From Polyangiaceae bacterium (lineage in GTDB: Bacteria; Myxococcota_A; Polyangia; Polyangiales; Polyangiaceae), in contig CBDCTZ010000015.1 of the NCBI GenBank assembly GCA_965222375.1, positions 672,001-736,000 on the forward strand: a DNA stretch of 64,000 nt. Direction: 5' to 3'. Under the pieces are notes generated by a model. That model saw only the letters and a program-made list of their open reading frames with translations. It did no database searches and was not told the DNA's origin. Below are positions 58,780 through 64,000 of the stretch, one piece after another (positions within the stretch are counted from its first letter, which is position 1; each line of letters begins with the position of its first letter). The position numbers and the translations under genes are program-made.

Positions 58780-61328
58780 CCTTCCAGATCCCCAAGCTGT
58801 CACTGGTCGTGCTGGTCGGCGTGTCGGGTTCCGGCAAGTCCACCTTCGCGCGCAAGCACTTCAAGCCGACCGAGGTCATCTCATCGGACTATTGTCGCGG
58901 GCTCGTCTCGGACAACGAAAACGACCAGGCGGCAACCAAGGACGCCTTCGAAGTGCTGCAACACATCGTGAGCAAGCGCCTGAGCCGCGGTTTGCTCACG
59001 GTCGTAGACGCGACCAACGTGCAGAAGGAGGCACGCAGACCACTCGTGGCGCTGGCACGCGAGCACCACTGTATTCCGGTCGCCATCGTGTTGGATATGC
59101 CGACGAAGCTGTGCGTGGCGCGCAACGAGTCGCGCCCGGACCGGAACTTCGGAGCGCGAGTGGTAGGCCAACAACAGAGCCGGCTGCGCGGCTCGCTGAA
59201 GACGCTCAAGCGTGAGGGTTTTCGTCACCGCTTCATCCTCTCGGGTCCGGAGGAGGTGGAGTCTGCCGCCTTCGAGCGGGTGCCGCTCTGGAACGACAAG
59301 CGCGAAGAGCGCGGCCCGTTCGACATCATCGGTGACGTCCACGGTTGCTTCAACGAGCTGTGCACTCTGCTCGAGAAGCTGGGCTACGCCGTCAGTCGGG
59401 ACGCTTCGGCACCCAGCGCAATGCCTCCGAGCGGTAGGCGGGCGGTATTCCTTGGAGACCTCGTGGACCGTGGACCCGCAACGCCTGCCGTACTGCGCCT
59501 CGCGATGAATATGGTTCGCTCGGGTCACGCCCTTTGTGTACCCGGCAATCACGACGTGAAGCTGATGCGCAAGTTGCGAGGCAAGAACGTCCAGCTCAAG
59601 CACGGGCTGGAGCGGTCCGTCGAACAGCTCGAGCCCGAGCCCGATGATTTCAAGGCCCAAGTAGCCGAGTTCATCGATGGTCTTGTCAGCCACTACGTGC
59701 TCGACGACGGCAACCTGGTCGTCGCGCACGCCGGCATGCGGGAGGCGCTGCAGGGCCGCGGTTCTGGCGGGGTGCGGGAGTTCGCTCTGTACGGCGAGTC
59801 GACCGGCGAGATCGACGACTTTGGCCTACCCGTTCGCTACAATTGGGCCGCCGACTACCGTGGTCAGACGATGGTCGTGTACGGACACACACCCGTACCC
59901 AACGCGGAGTGGGTCAACCGCACGATCTGCATCGACACGGGCTGCGTCTTCGGCGGATCTCTCACCGCGCTCCGGTATCCAGAACGCGAGCTGGTGGAGG
60001 TGGAGGCCGAGCGGATGTACTACGAGCCGTCTCGGCCTCTCGGCGCCGGGAAGAGCGTCACCGACAGCCGCGAGTACCACGATCTACTCGACATCGAGGA
60101 CGTGCGGGGCAAGCGCATCGTCAGCACACGCATCCACCACACCGTGACCATTCGCGAGCAGAACGCGACGGCCGCACTGGAGCTGATGGGTCGCTTCGCC
60201 GTGGACCCGCACTGGCTCATCTACCTGCCGCCAACCATGTCGCCGTCGGAAACCGCACCCGAGGGCGCGCTGCTGGAGCACCCGCGAGAAGCGTTCAGCT
60301 ATTTCCGTCGCAATGGAATCGAACGGGTCGTATGCGAGGAGAAGCACATGGGCTCGCGCGCCATTGTGGTGGTTTGTCGCGACGAAGAAGTTGCTCGGCG
60401 ACGCTTCGGCGCAGCCGACGGGCGTCAGGGGATTGTCTATACCCGAACAGGACGGCCCTTCTTCACAGATCAGTCGCTAGAGACCGACCTCTTGGACCGC
60501 CTCCGTGACGCAGCCACGGCCGCCGGGTTGTGGTCGACCTTGGCCACGGATTGGCTTTGCCTGGATGCGGAGTTGATGCCGTGGTCGGCAAAGGCACAGG
60601 AACTGCTCCGCGAGCAGTACGCTGCTGTGGGCTGCGCGGCGGGCAAGTCGCTCGCGGCGGCCAGCGAGGTGTTGGCCAAGGCGCGCACCCGGCTCGCTGG
60701 CGAGCAGGGCGAGTTTCTCGCTAGCGTGCAGGCTAGCATTGCCGAACGCGGTCAGGCTGCCGCTCGCTTCGTTGACGCTTACCGACGGTATTGCTGGCCC
60801 GTGTCGTCGCTCGACGACATCAAGCTAGCCCCGTTCCACCTCCTCGCCAGCGAAGGGCGCGTCCACGTAGACCGCGACCACGTTTGGCACATGGACACGC
60901 TCGCCAAACTCGCCGATGCCGATCCGATTCTGATGGCGACGCCGTACAAGGTGGTCGATCTGCCGGACGGCGAGCAGGAAGGCATCGCCTGGTGGGAATC
61001 TCTGACGGAACGCGGCGGCGAGGGAATGGTCGTAAAGCCCCTCGACTGGATGGTGCGCGGCAAGCGAGGCCTCGTGCAGCCCGCCATCAAGTGCCGCGGT
61101 CCAGAGTACCTCCGCATCATTTACGGTCCCGAGTACCTGCTCCCCGAGAACCTAGAGCGCCTCCGCCGACGGGGGCTCAACACCAAGCGCGCCCTCGCTC
61201 TTCGCGAGTTTGCCCTAGGAATCGAAGCGCTCCACCGTTTCGTCGAGAAGGAGCCGCTCTACCGGGTTCACGAGTGTGTTTTCGGCGTGCTTGCACTCGA
61301 GAGTGAGCCGGTGGATCCGAGGTTGTAG
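58776..61328 (+). CDS. pnkp: Polynucleotide kinase-phosphatase-ligase Pnkp
   Basis: P-loop GVSGSGKST; phosphoesterase GDVHG, GDLVDRG, GNHD, GHTP; ligase EEKHMGSR, EGMVVKP; C-terminal ESEPVDPRL. Confidence 0.96.
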   Translation: MTFQIPKLSLVVLVGVSGSGKSTFARKHFKPTEVISSDYCRGLVSDNENDQAATKDAFEVLQHIVSKRLSRGLLTVVDATNVQKEARRPLVALAREHHCIPVAIVLDMPTKLCVARNESRPDRNFGARVVGQQQSRLRGSLKTLKREGFRHRFILSGPEEVESAAFERVPLWNDKREERGPFDIIGDVHGCFNELCTLLEKLGYAVSRDASAPSAMPPSGRRAVFLGDLVDRGPATPAVLRLAMNMVRSGHALCVPGNHDVKLMRKLRGKNVQLKHGLERSVEQLEPEPDDFKAQVAEFIDGLVSHYVLDDGNLVVAHAGMREALQGRGSGGVREFALYGESTGEIDDFGLPVRYNWAADYRGQTMVVYGHTPVPNAEWVNRTICIDTGCVFGGSLTALRYPERELVEVEAERMYYEPSRPLGAGKSVTDSREYHDLLDIEDVRGKRIVSTRIHHTVTIREQNATAALELMGRFAVDPHWLIYLPPTMSPSETAPEGALLEHPREAFSYFRRNGIERVVCEEKHMGSRAIVVVCRDEEVARRRFGAADGRQGIVYTRTGRPFFTDQSLETDLLDRLRDAATAAGLWSTLATDWLCLDAELMPWSAKAQELLREQYAAVGCAAGKSLAAASEVLAKARTRLAGEQGEFLASVQASIAERGQAAARFVDAYRRYCWPVSSLDDIKLAPFHLLASEGRVHVDRDHVWHMDTLAKLADADPILMATPYKVVDLPDGEQEGIAWWESLTERGGEGMVVKPLDWMVRGKRGLVQPAIKCRGPEYLRIIYGPEYLLPENLERLRRRGLNTKRALALREFALGIEALHRFVEKEPLYRVHECVFGVLALESEPVDPRL

Positions 61329-61695
61329 TGGGGCGTGCGTCGCAAGCGAGGCGGATGGGTTGCCCGCCGCCTCCTGGCGGCCACAATATCCAGATGCGCG
61401 CAGGCTTCTAGACCCACGCGAGTCGTGCGTGCTCGGAGGTTTGCACGGATATCGCGCGGTGGTGCACACACCCATCTCGCACGTGCTTCGGTGGTTGCTG
61501 ACGACCTGCGGAACGACCCGACGCCCGGCAGAGCGCGTGTGCGCCGAGCAGGCGGCGTTCGTTGGCCCAACCCGAGAGTAGTGGCCCACCCTGCCCCAGC
61601 GATGCGACCCAAACCCAACTTTCATCAACAAATGCCGTGAACAACCGTGATGCCGGAGCGCGTTGTCGCGTATGTGTCGCATTATGCCGATGCGC

Positions 61696-62769
61696 TCACT
61701 TTGCACACGGGTCCGGCGGCTCGGGAACATCGACGACGGCGCCGAGCTGGGCGCCAACGGCGTCGAACCCGATGCCGAGGCTGATCTCGTCGCAGGGCAT
61801 AGCTGGGTCGCCGTTTTTTCCACCCTCGGCCAAGTCTGTGGTCTGCCACGTTGTCGTCCCCAAACCATCAATGTTCGGATTGCCCTTGCAGTACATGCCC
61901 TCAGTCACGCGACCTGCGGCCTCGATGAGAATCGGGGCCAGCACCGCCGCTGGGACCGACCCGGCCAGTACTCCATCTGTTACGATGGCTGTGCTGCCCG
62001 TCGCGGAAACGCGCATCGTCATGATCGCGTTGCTAACGGGAATAGGGACGCGGACTTGATTGAGCATCACGACTAGCTCGAGCGTTCCTCGGAGCTTGCC
62101 GACCCAAAGTCCGTCAGCCACGTAGCTGTGCGAGAACGTGGCTCTCGCCAACCCCGTGGAGCTATCCACGCTCGACGCACGGATCGGCCAGACATCGGTG
62201 CCGTCGAACACCGGCATAGCGCCGAGGCTTGCGGAAGAGTACAGGCTGCCCGAGATCTCCAGCTGATTGCGGCTGTCGTCGAGGTTGTCGAGAGACACGA
62301 GCATCGTACTTCTGCCGTCCTCCACCGCTGCGTTTTGACTTCCGGTCACATAGCTTGCGCCGGTTTTCATGAGCGGCACGATGTTCTTTCCGAAGCTGTT
62401 GTCGATGCCGGCTACCCCGTCGACTCTGTTTGAGGCCGGTGTATTCGGCTGTACTTTGCAGTGGTTGGTTCCCAGTTTGGTTGAATGCAAGGTGTCTAGG
62501 TTGAATCCCAATTGATTCCAGGCGCCGAGATCCTCTTTCCCGTCCGGGTCAGCATCGCCCAGGTAGAAATGGCGAATAGCGAAGACCGTTGGCGTCGTGC
62601 CGGTTCCCTTCTGTCCGCCGTTCGGTGGCGGCGGCTGCACTCCGACTACAACTGGGTCGAGGATCGGGGGCTCTTGCTGTAGCGGCTTCCTCTGCGGCTC
62701 GCTTCCGCAGGCGACCAGTGCCAGGCTGAGCAGCGCGCTACACAGCGTTCGCAGGAATGGCGGCAACAC
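61696..62769 (-). CDS. Myxobacterial hypothetical lipoprotein
   Basis: LVAC lipobox; GFNLD, DGVAGIDNSFG, CDEISLGIGF family-like motifs. Confidence 0.75.
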   Translation of the reverse strand: MLPPFLRTLCSALLSLALVACGSEPQRKPLQQEPPILDPVVVGVQPPPPNGGQKGTGTTPTVFAIRHFYLGDADPDGKEDLGAWNQLGFNLDTLHSTKLGTNHCKVQPNTPASNRVDGVAGIDNSFGKNIVPLMKTGASYVTGSQNAAVEDGRSTMLVSLDNLDDSRNQLEISGSLYSSASLGAMPVFDGTDVWPIRASSVDSSTGLARATFSHSYVADGLWVGKLRGTLELVVMLNQVRVPIPVSNAIMTMRVSATGSTAIVTDGVLAGSVPAAVLAPILIEAAGRVTEGMYCKGNPNIDGLGTTTWQTTDLAEGGKNGDPAMPCDEISLGIGFDAVGAQLGAVVDVPEPPDPCAK

Positions 62770-62869
62770 CTCACTAGTCTGACTGGCGTGCACCGTCGGG
62801 CAACTCGCGGTGCGCATACGTGTCGCATTGGTGTCGCGCATCGACGGCGGGCGTGCAGTGGGAGGCGGC

Positions 62870-63286
62870 ATGAGTAGCGGCGGCACCAGTGGCACGGGCG
62901 GTACCAGCAACATCATTCCGACGAGCTGCGGGCAGGCACATGGCAGCGTGGGCTGCTGCGGATCCGACGGCGAAATCTACTATTGGGAGTGCGGCCAAGT
63001 CCAAGGCGGTCCTGGCTCTTGCGCTGGCAATCCGTGCGGATGGGACGCTGCTAACGGCTGGTACTCTTGCGGCGGGACAGGCTTCACCGGCTCCGATCCG
63101 TCAGGCAAATACAAGCGTGAGTGCGGCCTGCCGAATCCCGATCCTGCCGGTTGCACCGCGCCCGCCGGACCTTGCTGCGGGCACTGCGGAAGCCTCACGA
63201 CCCCCACAGGTTGCGCCTGCGATGCGAACTGTGTGCTGTTCGGCGACTGCTGCTCCGATGCATGTTCCGTTAGCGGCGCGTGCTGA
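62870..63286 (+). pseudogene. Cys-rich protein with somatomedin-B-like C-terminus, probably 5'-truncated
   Basis: Starts in a Gly linker with no signal peptide; CGWD, CACDANCVLFGDCCSDAC. Confidence 0.55.
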
Positions 63287-63316
63287 TAGTTGGTCCTTTG
63301 GCCCGCACGCCGCACC

Positions 63317-63785
63317 CTAACCCGCGTTCACCACGCGCATATTCCCCAGCGTTTCCTCCGTCGCCATGACCAAGCGCACGGTCAGGATGCTGCCTTCTGA
63401 GTCGCGGTCAATCTCGACGGGGAAGATGCCGTCACCCCAGCTCGTCATGAAGGCGCACATCTTGGCGTCGCCAATGGTAAGGGTGCCGGATTCGGTGGGG
63501 GCAGCGCGGACCTTTGCCATCATTTGGTGGTGATGCGAGTGCGGGCGGAAGTCGGTGGCGAAGCGGAGCTCTCCGGTCTCTCGGAGCTCTTCGACGGCGG
63601 TGCCGAGTTCTACGGCCTCTTCGACGGGGCGATCGAGCCAGCCGTACTGGCCCTCGCCCAGGTCTGGAGCCGCGCTGGCTGCGGCTGCTGTTGCGGCATC
63701 CCGGCCCCAGAACACGAAGTCCGCTTGGCCGTCGATGGGTGTTTCATGCTGCCAGGCGGAGAGGGAGTCGACGTCGACGATGGCT
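63317..63785 (-). pseudogene. 5'-truncated hypothetical gene
   Basis: Coding frame extends to about 63785 (AIVDVDSLSAWQHETPIDGQADFVFWG...TSWGDGIFPV) without a credible start. Confidence 0.6.
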
Positions 63786-63786
63786 A

Positions 63787-64000
63787 GAGCTCCGACAGCG
63801 ATTCCGGTGGCGGTAGTGGCGGGAGCGCGGGTTCGTCTTCAGGCGATAGCGCCGGAAGTTCGGGTTCTGGCGGAACGGGCGGCTCGAGCGGCGCGGGCAC
63901 TGCGGGAAGTGGCGGCAAGGATGGCGGCGCGTGTCCGGAGTGCACGACGGACGGCGAGTGCGGCAACCCGGGCATACCCCAGCCAACTCTGTGCGTCGCA
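63787..64000 (+). pseudogene. Gly-rich lipoprotein fragment lacking its signal peptide, runs off the window
   Basis: SSDSDSGGSGGSAGSSSG...ACPECTTDGECG directly after an in-frame TAG. Confidence 0.5.

Overview
High-GC bacterial DNA that looks like Myxococcota (Polyangiaceae-like), based on an ECF sigma/anti-sigma pair, three Hanks-type Ser/Thr kinases, an FHA-type enhancer-binding protein, many Gly/Ser-linker Cys-rich lipoproteins and MYXO-CTERM tails. It also holds a stand-alone fusA. No rRNA, tRNA or CRISPR array was found. All family assignments come from motifs read by eye, not database searches. The right third (about 43.8-64 kb) is an accessory mosaic with four notable elements. (i) Four same-orientation copies of a structured 108-110 bp repeat separate cargo blocks, and three of its eight junctions cut through a gene (a groEL 3' end, a MYXO-CTERM gene and an integron-cassette ORF). 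Its end resembles an IS91/ISCR rolling-circle origin, but no intact transposase is present. (ii) Two attC sites without an integrase bracket a DUF695-like cassette. (iii) A Fic-TIR fusion gene follows a small putative antitoxin. (iv) An RlaP-RlaP-Hen1-Pnkp RNA-repair operon is preceded by a promoter, a 32-codon leader ORF and mutually exclusive antiterminator/terminator hairpins, which suggests a translation-sensing attenuator. Many genes in the window are frameshifted or truncated, from decay or assembly error.
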